A stretch of DNA of 64,000 nt from Candidatus Zixiibacteriota bacterium (GCA_043819555.1 JBDREQ010000003.1:1-64000), one strand, 5' to 3'. Shown: positions 19,118-29,361, numbered from the stretch's first letter. A program made the numbers and translations. The notes: generated from the sequence alone by a model not told the origin.

Positions 19118-20085
19118 ATAAGAAATTTGATTCGGTCGATTTGGGACGGATAAGAACAATATCGTTAAAATCGCGCCCATCATTGGCAACGATAAAATCT
19201 TTAGCCGGGATTCCATCGACTGCGGGGGCAGATAGATTTTTTGATAATCTTCCCAGATACTTAAAAGCTAATGATCTAAAGGATTTAATTACCGGTATTA
19301 TCAAGGCTCGCAAGAAAAATAAACCGGTTATTATCATGGCCGGGGGCCATTTGATTAAACTCGGATTATCACCGGTCATTATAGATTTAATGAAAGCAGA
19401 TTTGATCACCGGAATTTGCCTAAATGGATCCGGCGTTATTCACGATTGTGAAATAGCAATCGCAGGAAAAACATCAGAAGATGTGGCGGCCGGTATCGGT
19501 GATGGAAGTTTTGGGATGTCGCGCGAAACATCTTGTATATTTTCGGAAATTGTCAAGATGGCTGAAGATGGCAAAATTGGTTTGGGACAAGCATCGGGAG
19601 AAATACTGGTCTCAAAAAAAACGCGTTTTGAGAAATATTCTCTTTTGGCGACCTGTACAAAGTTGAAAATACCGGCCATGGTGCATATCGCCGTTGATAC
19701 CGATATTGTTTGCCAGCATCCCGAGTATGATGCCGGAGCCGCGGCTCAAGCCAGTCATCGGGATTTTAAGATACTGGCGCATCAAATATCCACTGGAGAA
19801 AACGGCGGAGTGTTTATTAACATCGGTTCAGCCGTTATTTTACCAGAAGTATTTTTGAAGGCGCTTACTGTGGCGCGCAATGTTTACGGACGACCGAAAA
19901 AAATAATCACGGCCAATTTTGATATGATTATGCATTATCGCCCTTCGGTCAATGTTGTTAAGAGGCCGACTATGCATGGAGGAACCGGATATAATTTTGT
20001 CGGCCATCATGAGATTATGATCCCTTTGTTGGCCTGGGGGCTTAAATCTAAACTATATAAATCGCTTAGGCGAAAAAACGTCTGA
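19114..20085 (+). CDS. Deoxyhypusine-synthase-like conserved protein
   Basis: GGHLIK.G, NGSGVIHD.E, TSEDV, GSFGM, IGSAVILPEVFLKA, GHHEIMIP. Confidence 0.7.
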   Translation: MNKKFDSVDLGRIRTISLKSRPSLATIKSLAGIPSTAGADRFFDNLPRYLKANDLKDLITGIIKARKKNKPVIIMAGGHLIKLGLSPVIIDLMKADLITGICLNGSGVIHDCEIAIAGKTSEDVAAGIGDGSFGMSRETSCIFSEIVKMAEDGKIGLGQASGEILVSKKTRFEKYSLLATCTKLKIPAMVHIAVDTDIVCQHPEYDAGAAAQASHRDFKILAHQISTGENGGVFINIGSAVILPEVFLKALTVARNVYGRPKKIITANFDMIMHYRPSVNVVKRPTMHGGTGYNFVGHHEIMIPLLAWGLKSKLYKSLRRKNV

Positions 20086-20110
20086 AATAAAATTAACGGA
20101 GTCAAATGTT

Positions 20111-21646
20111 ATGGCACAACTGGTTGAATGTGTTCCCAATTTTTCGGAGGGGCGCCGCCCTGAAGTAATCGATGAAATTATCCGGGAAATTACGTCGGTT
20201 GAAAATATCATTCTTTTAGATAAAGAAATGGATCCCAGTCATAATCGGGCGGTGGTTACATTCGTGGGTCCCCCGATGGAAGCGAAAGAAGCCGCATTTC
20301 GGGCTTATAAAAAAGCCGCCGAATTGATTGACATGCGCGAGCATTCCGGCGAGCATCCTCGTATGGGGGCTACTGATGTTTGCCCGTTTATCCCTATCTC
20401 AGAAATTACCGTAAAAGAATGTGTTCAGCTGGCCAAAGAACTGGCTCAGGACGTTGGTGAAAAGCTTCAGATACCGGTTTTCTTATACGAGGATGCGGCG
20501 GCTACGCCAGGTAGAAAAGATTTGGCAAAAGTTCGCCAGGGGGAATATGAAGGATTGAGCAGAGCAATCGGCAGTAATCCAGGGAATAAGCCTGATTATG
20601 GGCCGGAGAAAATAAATCTCAAGGCGGGCGCGACGGCAATAGGTGTCCGGATGTTTCTGGTTGCGTTTAATGTCTATCTTGACACCAATAATATTAAAGT
20701 CGCAAAAAATATTGCCAAGGCGATTCGTTCCCGTTCAGGCGGATTTATGTATTGCAAGGCGCTTGGATTTGAAATCAAAGAGCACAATTGCGTTCAGGTT
20801 TCAATGAACCTGGTCAATTACAAAAAGACCCCGATTCACAGGGTTTTTGAAACGATAAAACTTGAGGCCGCCCGATATGGCGTAAATGTCACCTCTTCGG
20901 AAATTGTCGGATTAGTTCCCAATGATGCTTTGATAAAGGCGGTCGATTATTATTTGCGATTTGAGAATTTTTCCAAAGATCAGATATTTGAGGAAAAACT
21001 CAAGAAATCAGCCGAGATGCAAAAAAGTTCGGTTGATGAATTTTTCAATGATGTTGCGGCGGCCACGCCCGCCCCCGGCGGCGGATCGGTGGCATCGGCG
21101 GCCGGGGCTCTCGGAGCCGCTCTGGCATCAATGGTCAGTCGTTTAACAGTGACTAAGAAAAAATATAAAGCGGTTCATGATGAACTTTCTGCCATTCTAA
21201 CACGCAGCGAAGTTTTACGAGCCGAACTGGCGGATTTGATTATCAAAGATAAAGAAGCGTTTGAAAAAGTAATGGCCGCATTTAAACTGCCTAAAGACAC
21301 TGAAGGAGAAGTCAAACATCGGGCAAATGTGATAGAAGATGCCAACAAGGGAGCGTCGTTGGTACCATTGAAAGTCGCCGAGAAATCGCTTGATGTATTA
21401 TCCCTTCTGAAAGTCATTGCTGAAAAGGGGAATGAGAATTCCATAACAGATTCCGGTGTCGGCGCTCTCATGGCCAAAGCCGCTATGGATGGAGCCATTT
21501 TGAATGTTCGTATTAACCTTTCCGGCCTTTCGGATAAAGATTTTGTCAAGAAACTCTCGGGTGAAATTGAGAGTTATAAAGCTCGGGGAGAAGCGCTGGC
21601 TGATGATGTTGCGCGTATTGTAGAGCAGAAACTAATTAATGCCTGA
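20111..21646 (+). CDS. ftcD: Glutamate formimidoyltransferase-cyclodeaminase (fused)
   Basis: ECVPNFSEGR, HNRAV, HPRMGATDVCPF; cyclodeaminase PAPGGGS and NVRINL. Confidence 0.95.
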   Translation: MAQLVECVPNFSEGRRPEVIDEIIREITSVENIILLDKEMDPSHNRAVVTFVGPPMEAKEAAFRAYKKAAELIDMREHSGEHPRMGATDVCPFIPISEITVKECVQLAKELAQDVGEKLQIPVFLYEDAAATPGRKDLAKVRQGEYEGLSRAIGSNPGNKPDYGPEKINLKAGATAIGVRMFLVAFNVYLDTNNIKVAKNIAKAIRSRSGGFMYCKALGFEIKEHNCVQVSMNLVNYKKTPIHRVFETIKLEAARYGVNVTSSEIVGLVPNDALIKAVDYYLRFENFSKDQIFEEKLKKSAEMQKSSVDEFFNDVAAATPAPGGGSVASAAGALGAALASMVSRLTVTKKKYKAVHDELSAILTRSEVLRAELADLIIKDKEAFEKVMAAFKLPKDTEGEVKHRANVIEDANKGASLVPLKVAEKSLDVLSLLKVIAEKGNENSITDSGVGALMAKAAMDGAILNVRINLSGLSDKDFVKKLSGEIESYKARGEALADDVARIVEQKLINA

Positions 21647-22469
21647 CCTGATTGATTTGCATATACATACCGACCATTCTGACGGTCGGCAATCTTCGGT
21701 TGAAGCCGTAAAATCCGGATTATCATTGGGATTGAAAGCTATTGCCATAACCGATCATGATGCCGTTTCGGGAGTTGTCGAGGCGATTGATTATGCCGCC
21801 GGCAAAGAAATTGAAGTTATTTCGGGAATCGAATTATCGGCTTCCAAGACAGACGATGATATTCATATTCTCGGTTATCTTTTCCGAACCGATGACGAGG
21901 GATTGTTGGAAGCGATTGATAGATTCCGAAAGATTCGCTTCGACCGGGGCAAAAAGATGGTTGAGCGTCTGGGTAATCTTGGTATAAAGGTAGATTACGA
22001 TGAAGTAGTGGAATTGGCCGGCAAAGCGCCCATAGGGCGGCCGCATGTGGCTGAGGTAATGGCACAACGGGGAGTTGTTTCGAGTTACGATGAAGCGTTT
22101 CGAGATTATCTGACTCTAAACGGACCCGTTTACGTTCCCAAAGCCAAACTGACTCCGCGTGAAGCGATTGAGCTTATCCATAATGCCGGAGGAGTGGCGG
22201 TCATGGCCCATCCCGGACTGACTAATGAGGATGATTTGATTGAGGAAATGGTATCTTGGGGATTGGATGGCATTGAAATTTATCATCCGACTCATAGACC
22301 GGCGAAACGCAAGAAGTATCGGAAACTGGCCGAGAGATTGGGCTTGTTTTGTACCGGAGGCTCCGATTCGCACAACCGGACCGGGCGATATGGAAATATC
22401 GGCCATGAAAAGGTACCGTATGAATATTTAACCGTGATGAAATCCGTCTGGGAAAAACTGCGGAATTGA
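21639..22469 (+). CDS. PHP-domain phosphoesterase (TrpH/YciV-like)
   Basis: DLHIHT..SDG, TDHD, GIELS, HILG, RPH, AHP, GGSDSH. Confidence 0.9.
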   Translation: MPDLIDLHIHTDHSDGRQSSVEAVKSGLSLGLKAIAITDHDAVSGVVEAIDYAAGKEIEVISGIELSASKTDDDIHILGYLFRTDDEGLLEAIDRFRKIRFDRGKKMVERLGNLGIKVDYDEVVELAGKAPIGRPHVAEVMAQRGVVSSYDEAFRDYLTLNGPVYVPKAKLTPREAIELIHNAGGVAVMAHPGLTNEDDLIEEMVSWGLDGIEIYHPTHRPAKRKKYRKLAERLGLFCTGGSDSHNRTGRYGNIGHEKVPYEYLTVMKSVWEKLRN

Positions 22470-22489
22470 TTTGGAACAGGAGATTTCTT

Positions 22490-24556
22490 TTGAAAAAAAT
22501 ACTGTTTTTGATGATTATTATTCTATGTGTCCAGAATATCTATGCTGGCAAGATGTCGGATGAGGAATGGCTTCAGTACGCCTCTGATGTAAAAACATAT
22601 CTGGAAGAATATAAAAATAGAATGGCTACCGGCGAAGAACAGCCGATTAAGTGCGGAACGCCTATCTTTCTTGATTTGAATAACAAGCGGCCGGATAATC
22701 TGGCCGCCGGGGTCCTTGATTTTGGCGATAGGCTGGATTCTATGTCGTTTACATATGGTACCGCGCATTTCTTATTTCACTATACCGACACTGGCCCCGA
22801 TTCAATTTATCAATTTAACAAACAGGATAGCCTGCCGGGAACGCCAAATTATATTTTTATGGCAAGCAAATTTTCCGAGCAGGTATATGCCCATTTAATC
22901 AATGATCTGGGATATGACGTGCCTTTATCAGATGGATATTACAATGGCGGCGGCGATGGAAGAATCGATGTTTATTTTTCCGATGTTCCGTTTTATGGGG
23001 CGACATTCGCTGATTCTATGGTTACGCCGGTTACATATACTTCATATCTATATATGGAAAATGATTACTTTGGTTTTCCCAGTTATCAAAATGATCGTTT
23101 GGCGGCGTTGTCGGTAACTCTGGCCCATGAACTTTTTCATGTTATCCAATTTAGTTATGATATTGGGGAAATCGAAACAACGCCGTTCCCCGGTGATTTA
23201 AATGCTTCATGGATTGAAATGTCGGCGACTTTTATGGAAGAAGAACATTTTGATAATGTCAATGATTACGAGAAGTTTTACCTAATCTTCTTCTATAATT
23301 TCCCGCATTATTCTTTGCGCTTCGGAACCTATCGCGCGGGCGCTCAGGAAAACAGGAATTTCCATATGTATGGTTCAGTCGTATGGCCGTTGTTTCTTGC
23401 CCAAAAGTACGATTCTGAAATTATAACTCAGATTTGGGATAGTTGCCGTGCGATTCCGGGGCCAAATTGGGTATCCGCTACCAATGATGTCATTAATACC
23501 CGATCGGGAGGATCGGAGACGTTATCGAGCTTATTTCGGGAATTTACTTTATGGAATCTATTTACCGGACTGAGAGCGAGACCGGGCGAGTACTTTGAGG
23601 AGGCGAATCTTTATAATATGGTTCTCCTGGCCGATGAAGTTAATTCTTATCCGGCGGTTATTCAGGTCGCTGATTCACTTTTGCCGGATTGCTGGGCCGC
23701 GAATTATATCATGCTGAATAATCTGACGGCAATGACACAAGGCATTAGAATTATTTTTAATCCTGCCCCGGGATACCCTTGGAATTTGAGGGTGGTTGGT
23801 CTGCCATCGAATGTATCTACCGGTCAGATATATATTGATCCCGAAATTTATGATGAAAATACGACCCATATATCAATTCCAAACGCTTCCAGTTTTAACC
23901 AGATAGTTTTGATTCCTTCGATATTGGGGACCCTTGATTCGACCGTGGATTATTCGATGGTTGTATCGGCATTGGGTGAGGGAGTCATACGACCCAATGG
24001 CGGAGAAGTCCTTTATGCCGGTATGCAATATGATATATCGTGGTTTTTTGGCGATTCTGTCACAACGGTCGATATTGATTTATCAACCGACAATGGTGTA
24101 AGTTGGAGCGATATTGCCGAAGTTAACAATCAGAACGCTACCTACTCATGGACTATTCCCGAGTTCACATCCGCAGAGTGTTTAATTCGAATAGCCGATG
24201 TCGATAACCTGTCCAATTTTGATATATCCGATGCCATTTTTACGATTGATGTTGCCGGCGGGAACCGGATATTTGATCCTTATCCCAATCCCGGCTGGAT
24301 TCAGTCGCATGATTCGGTGACATTCAAAGCGGTTATCGCGCCGGGTAATTCCAACCAGGCGATGAAAGTTACCATCCTGAATATGGCCGGAGAAAAGATC
24401 AGAGATATAGATATGAGTTTATCCGGGACCGGCAGTCTTACCATCGGATGGAATTTCAAAAACAACGATGGAGAAGTAGTGGCGGCCGGGCCATATATGG
24501 CTGTGATTGAACTCGGCGGTGAAACACATTTGAAAAAAATTATGGTTTTGCGATGA
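22490..24556 (+). CDS. Secreted zinc metallopeptidase-like protein with FlgD-like tail
   Basis: AGGAG SD before TTG; signal peptide; KCGTP; HELFH...WIE; PNGGE Ig-like module; PYPNP...G.Y C-terminal domain. Confidence 0.75.
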   Translation: MKKILFLMIIILCVQNIYAGKMSDEEWLQYASDVKTYLEEYKNRMATGEEQPIKCGTPIFLDLNNKRPDNLAAGVLDFGDRLDSMSFTYGTAHFLFHYTDTGPDSIYQFNKQDSLPGTPNYIFMASKFSEQVYAHLINDLGYDVPLSDGYYNGGGDGRIDVYFSDVPFYGATFADSMVTPVTYTSYLYMENDYFGFPSYQNDRLAALSVTLAHELFHVIQFSYDIGEIETTPFPGDLNASWIEMSATFMEEEHFDNVNDYEKFYLIFFYNFPHYSLRFGTYRAGAQENRNFHMYGSVVWPLFLAQKYDSEIITQIWDSCRAIPGPNWVSATNDVINTRSGGSETLSSLFREFTLWNLFTGLRARPGEYFEEANLYNMVLLADEVNSYPAVIQVADSLLPDCWAANYIMLNNLTAMTQGIRIIFNPAPGYPWNLRVVGLPSNVSTGQIYIDPEIYDENTTHISIPNASSFNQIVLIPSILGTLDSTVDYSMVVSALGEGVIRPNGGEVLYAGMQYDISWFFGDSVTTVDIDLSTDNGVSWSDIAEVNNQNATYSWTIPEFTSAECLIRIADVDNLSNFDISDAIFTIDVAGGNRIFDPYPNPGWIQSHDSVTFKAVIAPGNSNQAMKVTILNMAGEKIRDIDMSLSGTGSLTIGWNFKNNDGEVVAAGPYMAVIELGGETHLKKIMVLR

Positions 24557-25083
24557 TGAAACGCAGTCGGCTTATAGCCAGAGTGGCGATTTTTTCCGCT
24601 CTGGCTTATGTCTTCGCGTACGCCAGTTTTTATATTCCCAATGTCAGTTTGATTTTTATTGTGATATTTACCGCTGGGGCTATTTATGGTATTCGGGTGG
24701 GGATACTTGTGGGAGGCATTGGTGAATTTTTATGGACTGTATTTAATCCGTTTGGCATGACTACAATCCCAACGATGGTTTCGCAAATTGTCGGAATGAT
24801 ACTGGTAGGCATACTGGGCGGATTTTTGTACGGTTTTCCTTTTCTCAAAAAAGTGTCACTAACCGGATTTATCATCTTCGCTATTTATGGTCTGCTGTCG
24901 GGACTTGTTTTTCAGATTTTGTTAAACGGTGTCGAAGCCTGGCTGTACGGCCCTTTTTGGGAATACCTGCTGGCTGGAATGTCATTTGCGTTGTTTACAA
25001 TTTTCTCAAATATGGTGATATTCCCGGTCTGTTATCCGGCGATTGTCAGGCTGTACAATACGGAGAATAAAATTGAAGTTTAG
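24553..25083 (+). CDS. ECF transporter S component
   Basis: About 176 aa, six helices, N-terminal AxxxAL motif, IPNV, FNPFG. Confidence 0.75.
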   Translation: MMKRSRLIARVAIFSALAYVFAYASFYIPNVSLIFIVIFTAGAIYGIRVGILVGGIGEFLWTVFNPFGMTTIPTMVSQIVGMILVGILGGFLYGFPFLKKVSLTGFIIFAIYGLLSGLVFQILLNGVEAWLYGPFWEYLLAGMSFALFTIFSNMVIFPVCYPAIVRLYNTENKIEV

Positions 25084-27082
25084 GCCTTTTTTGCTATTAA
25101 TTTATATTCTGATGATCATGAATGTCGTTCCGGTTTATGCGGGGACGATGCCCTCGGATTCCGCATTCAATCCAATTGATAGCCTATTCACAATTAACAG
25201 TATTTCAAATAATCTCAGGGACAGCCTTTTTAATGCCGAAAGCCTGGCGATTGATTCTCTTGGATTTGAATCGACTGCTGAGAAATATATCCCGGCCGTG
25301 AAAATCATTGATAGTCTGAATTTTTATTTTGTCCGTCAATGGCATGATTTTGATGTTCTTAAATTTGATCTTTATCCACGGGATGCGGCTGGATTCTTGA
25401 TGGGTGAAGCATCTTATTATCGATTGTCATATCATGAAACCCCGTTGCGAACAACGGTTGCTCCTTTTGGTTTGCCCGGTCGGCAATTGTATGTCACCGA
25501 TGGCAGTGTACCATTTATGCCTTACGATAGAACGATTCCGCCTGATGGAATGCCTGATTTTTCCGATTTTTCTACGGGCGATATTAATCGGGCTGGGATT
25601 ATCGAAGGCCCGCTGGCGGCGTTGAATTCGTTTGACGGTGAAATATCAGCATTGTATATGGAACCATTTGCGATCCCCGAAGGCGAAGCTGAATCTCAAT
25701 TCATTGTTGAGAGGGGCGCATACGGATATGCTTATACCCGGGGACGATTGGCGCGGATGTTTGGAAATCGGTTCGGCGTCGCCTTTTCGACCGACTATCG
25801 CAACGGCGACGGATATAATCCGAACGCCAATGATAACAGTTATTATGTCAAAACGCGGATGGTCGCGCATCTGATGAAAAATACCGATATCGAGTCGAGT
25901 ATCCACGTCTATCGCCGCAAAGGGAATTTTCCGGTTATGCCGGATTCGGGCGGAAATACTTTCAATCGTTTTCGACGAGACAATAAAATCAGTGTGAGTA
26001 TTACGCGGCATGATTTTCTAGGCGGGCAAGTGACCGGCAATCTCTACTATCAATCATCCCGATCAGGATATTTTTCTTTTTCATCGACAGTGTTTCGGAC
26101 TGTTAAGCCGCTATACTATTCATCACAAATTGCCTACACTAAGTCTCATAACGCCGGAGTGTTTTATTTTTCGATTCAAGGCGGGGAAAATAAGTTCGAT
26201 ATAAATCATCAATATTTATCGCAAAATTATGGTATGCTTACAATCGCCGATTTTCGCTCATTTTTGGGCGGGCAACAGTTTATCTTCGCGCGGTTGAAGA
26301 ATGCTGAAACAGACCATCCAGCGATAGAGGGTGCCATCGGATGGTCGCATGAATTGAGCCAGAGTTTAAAATCGAAGATTTCGTTGGGATATTTGACGAG
26401 ATTTCCGACTTTGGATGAGCGTTACACCGATTTCCGTTCGGGTTCAATTGGCAGTCAGGGTATTCTCGCCGGTCAGTATTCCGAAGGCGGCAATCCCGGA
26501 TTACAGCCGGAAAAGAAATTAATAGGCAACGTCGGCTTGCAATTTAAAAAAGAGAATTATGATATATCGGTATCGGCCAACGCCGGTACGCTGAATCGGG
26601 CCATATATTATGACCGTCGTTTTACTCAGGTTTATACTGCAGGTGAAGTTATACCTCAGAACGATTCCATACATTTTGTTGATTTAAATCTATCCGGATC
26701 ATTTTCGAATTTTGGGCCGTTCTATGGTTCGGTTTCGGCGACAATGCGTAAGGTTGAATCGGAAAGGTATGGAAATCGGCCGCCATATTCTCCACGGTGG
26801 CAAATATACGGACGGCTTGGAATAAAATATCATATAACAAGATATGATATTTATTTGCGATTTTTCGGGGAAATGAGCCATGCCGAACAGCCCCTTTCAT
26901 ATAATATAGAGCAGCTCGAAACCGTACCTCTTATTTCATGGGGCGTCAACGCATCGATGCAGACATTTACGTTTTATTACCTGATGCACAACGCGACGGG
27001 TCAAGTTTATCCGGCGCCGGAAGGGTACGGATATTTGGGATGGTTCTATAGCTGGGGGATAAACTGGAAATTTTTCGATTGA
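25073..27082 (+). CDS. TonB-dependent-receptor-like outer membrane beta-barrel
   Basis: Signal peptide; RFPTLDERY and GNPGLQPE motifs; amphipathic strands; C-terminal WGINWKFFD. Confidence 0.7.
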   Translation: MKFRPFLLLIYILMIMNVVPVYAGTMPSDSAFNPIDSLFTINSISNNLRDSLFNAESLAIDSLGFESTAEKYIPAVKIIDSLNFYFVRQWHDFDVLKFDLYPRDAAGFLMGEASYYRLSYHETPLRTTVAPFGLPGRQLYVTDGSVPFMPYDRTIPPDGMPDFSDFSTGDINRAGIIEGPLAALNSFDGEISALYMEPFAIPEGEAESQFIVERGAYGYAYTRGRLARMFGNRFGVAFSTDYRNGDGYNPNANDNSYYVKTRMVAHLMKNTDIESSIHVYRRKGNFPVMPDSGGNTFNRFRRDNKISVSITRHDFLGGQVTGNLYYQSSRSGYFSFSSTVFRTVKPLYYSSQIAYTKSHNAGVFYFSIQGGENKFDINHQYLSQNYGMLTIADFRSFLGGQQFIFARLKNAETDHPAIEGAIGWSHELSQSLKSKISLGYLTRFPTLDERYTDFRSGSIGSQGILAGQYSEGGNPGLQPEKKLIGNVGLQFKKENYDISVSANAGTLNRAIYYDRRFTQVYTAGEVIPQNDSIHFVDLNLSGSFSNFGPFYGSVSATMRKVESERYGNRPPYSPRWQIYGRLGIKYHITRYDIYLRFFGEMSHAEQPLSYNIEQLETVPLISWGVNASMQTFTFYYLMHNATGQVYPAPEGYGYLGWFYSWGINWKFFD

Positions 27083-27089
27083 GGTTATC

Positions 27090-27638
27090 ATGATTACTCG
27101 GGACGAAGCCGCCGTTTTGGTGGAACAAAAAGTTAAAAATACAAATTTGCGAAAGCATATTTATGCCGTTGAGTCGGGCATGATTCGGCTGGCTGAGCAT
27201 TTTGATGAAGATACCAGAATCTGGGGTTTGACCGGACTTCTGCATGATCTCGATTATGACAAAACGGTTAAAAGTCCAAACAAGCATACTTTTATCACGG
27301 AAGAATGGCTCCAGCCATACGATTTGCCCGATGAAATGATGCGGGCGATCCGGTGTCACCCGGGGCATGAACCATGTATTTCCCGACTGGACTGGGCCTT
27401 GTACGCGACCGACCCAACCACCGGATTTCTGGTTGCCTGTGCCTTGATGCACCCCGACAAAAGGCTTGAGGGAGTCGATACAGAGTTTATGCTGAGGCGA
27501 TTTAAGGAAAAACGGTTTGCCGCCGGAGCCGAGCGGGAAAATATCTCCGCCTGCTCAAACCTTGGATTGGAACTGCCCGATTTTCTGATTTTGATAAAAG
27601 AGGGTATGCTTAAGATTGGTGATGTGCTGGGGTTGTGA
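27090..27638 (+). CDS. HD/HDIG-domain hydrolase
   Basis: LRKH, GLLHDLD, H..., KRFAAG. Confidence 0.85.
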   Translation: MITRDEAAVLVEQKVKNTNLRKHIYAVESGMIRLAEHFDEDTRIWGLTGLLHDLDYDKTVKSPNKHTFITEEWLQPYDLPDEMMRAIRCHPGHEPCISRLDWALYATDPTTGFLVACALMHPDKRLEGVDTEFMLRRFKEKRFAAGAERENISACSNLGLELPDFLILIKEGMLKIGDVLGL

Positions 27639-27657
27639 AATAGAGATTTCGCTTTAT

Positions 27658-27695
27658 AAAAAAAATCGGGAGTCAAGGGGAGCTCCCGATTTTTT
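27658..27695. terminator. Bidirectional intrinsic terminator
   Basis: AAAAAATCGGGAG...CTCCCGATTTTTT between convergent genes. Confidence 0.75.
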
Positions 27696-27739
27696 ATTGC
27701 GTGTCGAAAGGTACAAAAAAGTGTGATTTTACAAATCTA

Positions 27740-28522
27740 TTACCAATCCAATTCATCTAATTCAGGGATAAGCTCGCATAGCTCATCAAAAGTATCTTCC
27801 ATATCTTCAACTTTTTCTTCGAGTTTATCGCCAACTTCTTCAAGCTCGTCGCCGTATTTTTCCAGTTTATCGCTCATCTTTTCCATTTCATCTTCATACT
27901 CTTCGAGTTCATCTTCCATCTCTTCCAGCTCATCCTCATAATCTTCCAGAGCATCTTCATAGTCGTCCCAGTCGTCATAGTCCCAGTAAATGCCGTTTAG
28001 GCTGCTACTCAAACTCAACATGGCTTGCCTGCTGGCTCGCCGGCCGATGATGGCGCCGATTTTGCCCATTTTACCGCCATAACTGCCCATGACTCCGCCG
28101 ATTTTTCCCATTTTCCTGCTGATCTCGGATACATCCTTAGCTTGATTATAATACTCTTCCAATAGTTTTTGCGCCTTGGCATCGGTTTTTATTCTTTCGC
28201 CGTTTATAAACAGCTCAAATTCCTCAGTAATTTCTATTTCGTCATCCATCTCGTCATTATAGAGAATTAAAGTACCGTCATCGAAATCAATACTGAGACC
28301 GTCGCTGTGATAAAAGCCATGATTATAGTCATGGTCATGGTTGAAATCAAAATCAAAGTCAAAATTTAAGTCGAAATCGTGATCATTATGGCTTCTTAGT
28401 TCGCGTACCACTTTTGAAGTGCGCTTCTTATTGTATTTTTTATATTTTTTCTTGTAATTTGAATCGGCGAGTATTGGAACCGCCAGAAGACATGCCAAAA
28501 TAAATATCAAAAACTTTTTCAT
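27740..28522 (-). CDS. Exported acidic coiled-coil protein (YggN/DUF2884-like), paralog 1
   Basis: Signal peptide; DEIEITE..ELFING..I....Q.LL.EY core; heptad-repeat tail ending IPELDELDW. Confidence 0.7.
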   Translation of the reverse strand: MKKFLIFILACLLAVPILADSNYKKKYKKYNKKRTSKVVRELRSHNDHDFDLNFDFDFDFNHDHDYNHGFYHSDGLSIDFDDGTLILYNDEMDDEIEITEEFELFINGERIKTDAKAQKLLEEYYNQAKDVSEISRKMGKIGGVMGSYGGKMGKIGAIIGRRASRQAMLSLSSSLNGIYWDYDDWDDYEDALEDYEDELEEMEDELEEYEDEMEKMSDKLEKYGDELEEVGDKLEEKVEDMEDTFDELCELIPELDELDW

Positions 28523-28568
28523 TGTAAAACTCCTCATCTACTGTACATTGCCAGTTACCTATTATAAA

Positions 28569-28594
28569 GACGATTTTTTAACAGGTAAGGTTGC
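28569..28594 (-). promoter_or_regulatory. ECF-sigma promoter
   Basis: GCAAC-N17-CGTC on the minus strand; same motif upstream of the paralog. Confidence 0.6.
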
Positions 28595-28618
28595 CTCAAA
28601 ATTCCGAAAAATATACAC

Positions 28619-28647
28619 AAAAAAACCGGCCGCTAAGGGCCGGTTTT
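28619..28647 (-). terminator. Intrinsic terminator between the paralogs
   Basis: AAAACCGGCC-gctaag-GGCCGGTTTT. Confidence 0.7.
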
Positions 28648-28668
28648 CTAAAATTGATTGTAAATTGA

Positions 28669-29241
28669 CTAATGCCAATCCAATTCGCGAAGTTCGGGGA
28701 TAGTCTCAAACATTTCATCAAAGGCGTCTTCCATATCTTCTATTTTTTCTTCGAGCTCGTCGGCACGGTTTTCAAGTTCTTCCGCCCGCCGTTCGATTTT
28801 TGCTTCTTCCCTCTCCATTTCATTTTCCAGATCCTGTTCATCATAACTGGTCAGTAAAAGCTTGAATACTCCGCCAATAGCCTTCAAGCCTATTCCGGCT
28901 CCGGCCAGGCCAATTTTGCCGCCTTCAATCCCGATTTGAACAGCTTCATCGACAATACCATAAACTAAAGTATGATATTCTCTTACGAGTTCTTGCTGTT
29001 CGGCATTTAATTCAATTTCTTCATCATTAACGAAAAGTCGGTAGTTTTCCGTTATCTCGACCTCATCATCTGTAAATTCATAATATAAGATGATTCCATC
29101 ATCATTGAGGTCGACTTCAATATCATCCATCGCAAAGGCGTGGCCGTCAAATATTGAATAATTATAGTTTTTGTGGCCTGCCAGAGTTGGAATTGTCAGA
29201 ATAATCAGGAAGGAAAAAAGATAAATAATTGATTTTTTCAT
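28669..29241 (-). CDS. Exported acidic coiled-coil protein (YggN/DUF2884-like), paralog 2
   Basis: Signal peptide; DEVEITE..RLFVN..I.LNAEQQELVREY; ends IPELRELDWH. Confidence 0.75.
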   Translation of the reverse strand: MKKSIIYLFSFLIILTIPTLAGHKNYNYSIFDGHAFAMDDIEVDLNDDGIILYYEFTDDEVEITENYRLFVNDEEIELNAEQQELVREYHTLVYGIVDEAVQIGIEGGKIGLAGAGIGLKAIGGVFKLLLTSYDEQDLENEMEREEAKIERRAEELENRADELEEKIEDMEDAFDEMFETIPELRELDWH

Positions 29242-29285
29242 CGTTAGCTCCCATCAGATATTAAACAATTGCACCTGTATTATTT

Positions 29286-29310
29286 GACGGATTCGGGCCA
29301 AAAAAGTTGC
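29286..29310 (-). promoter_or_regulatory. ECF-sigma promoter
   Basis: GCAAC-N16-CGTC on the minus strand. Confidence 0.6.
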
Positions 29311-29361
29311 ATCGGTGCAGCCGGTTATGAATAAGCCGGGCTTCAATTTAAAAATCCTCCT

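Noticed and set aside
27723..27941. Ser-rich ORF on the plus strand
   Set aside because: It is the antisense shadow of the Glu/Asp-rich coiled-coil gene
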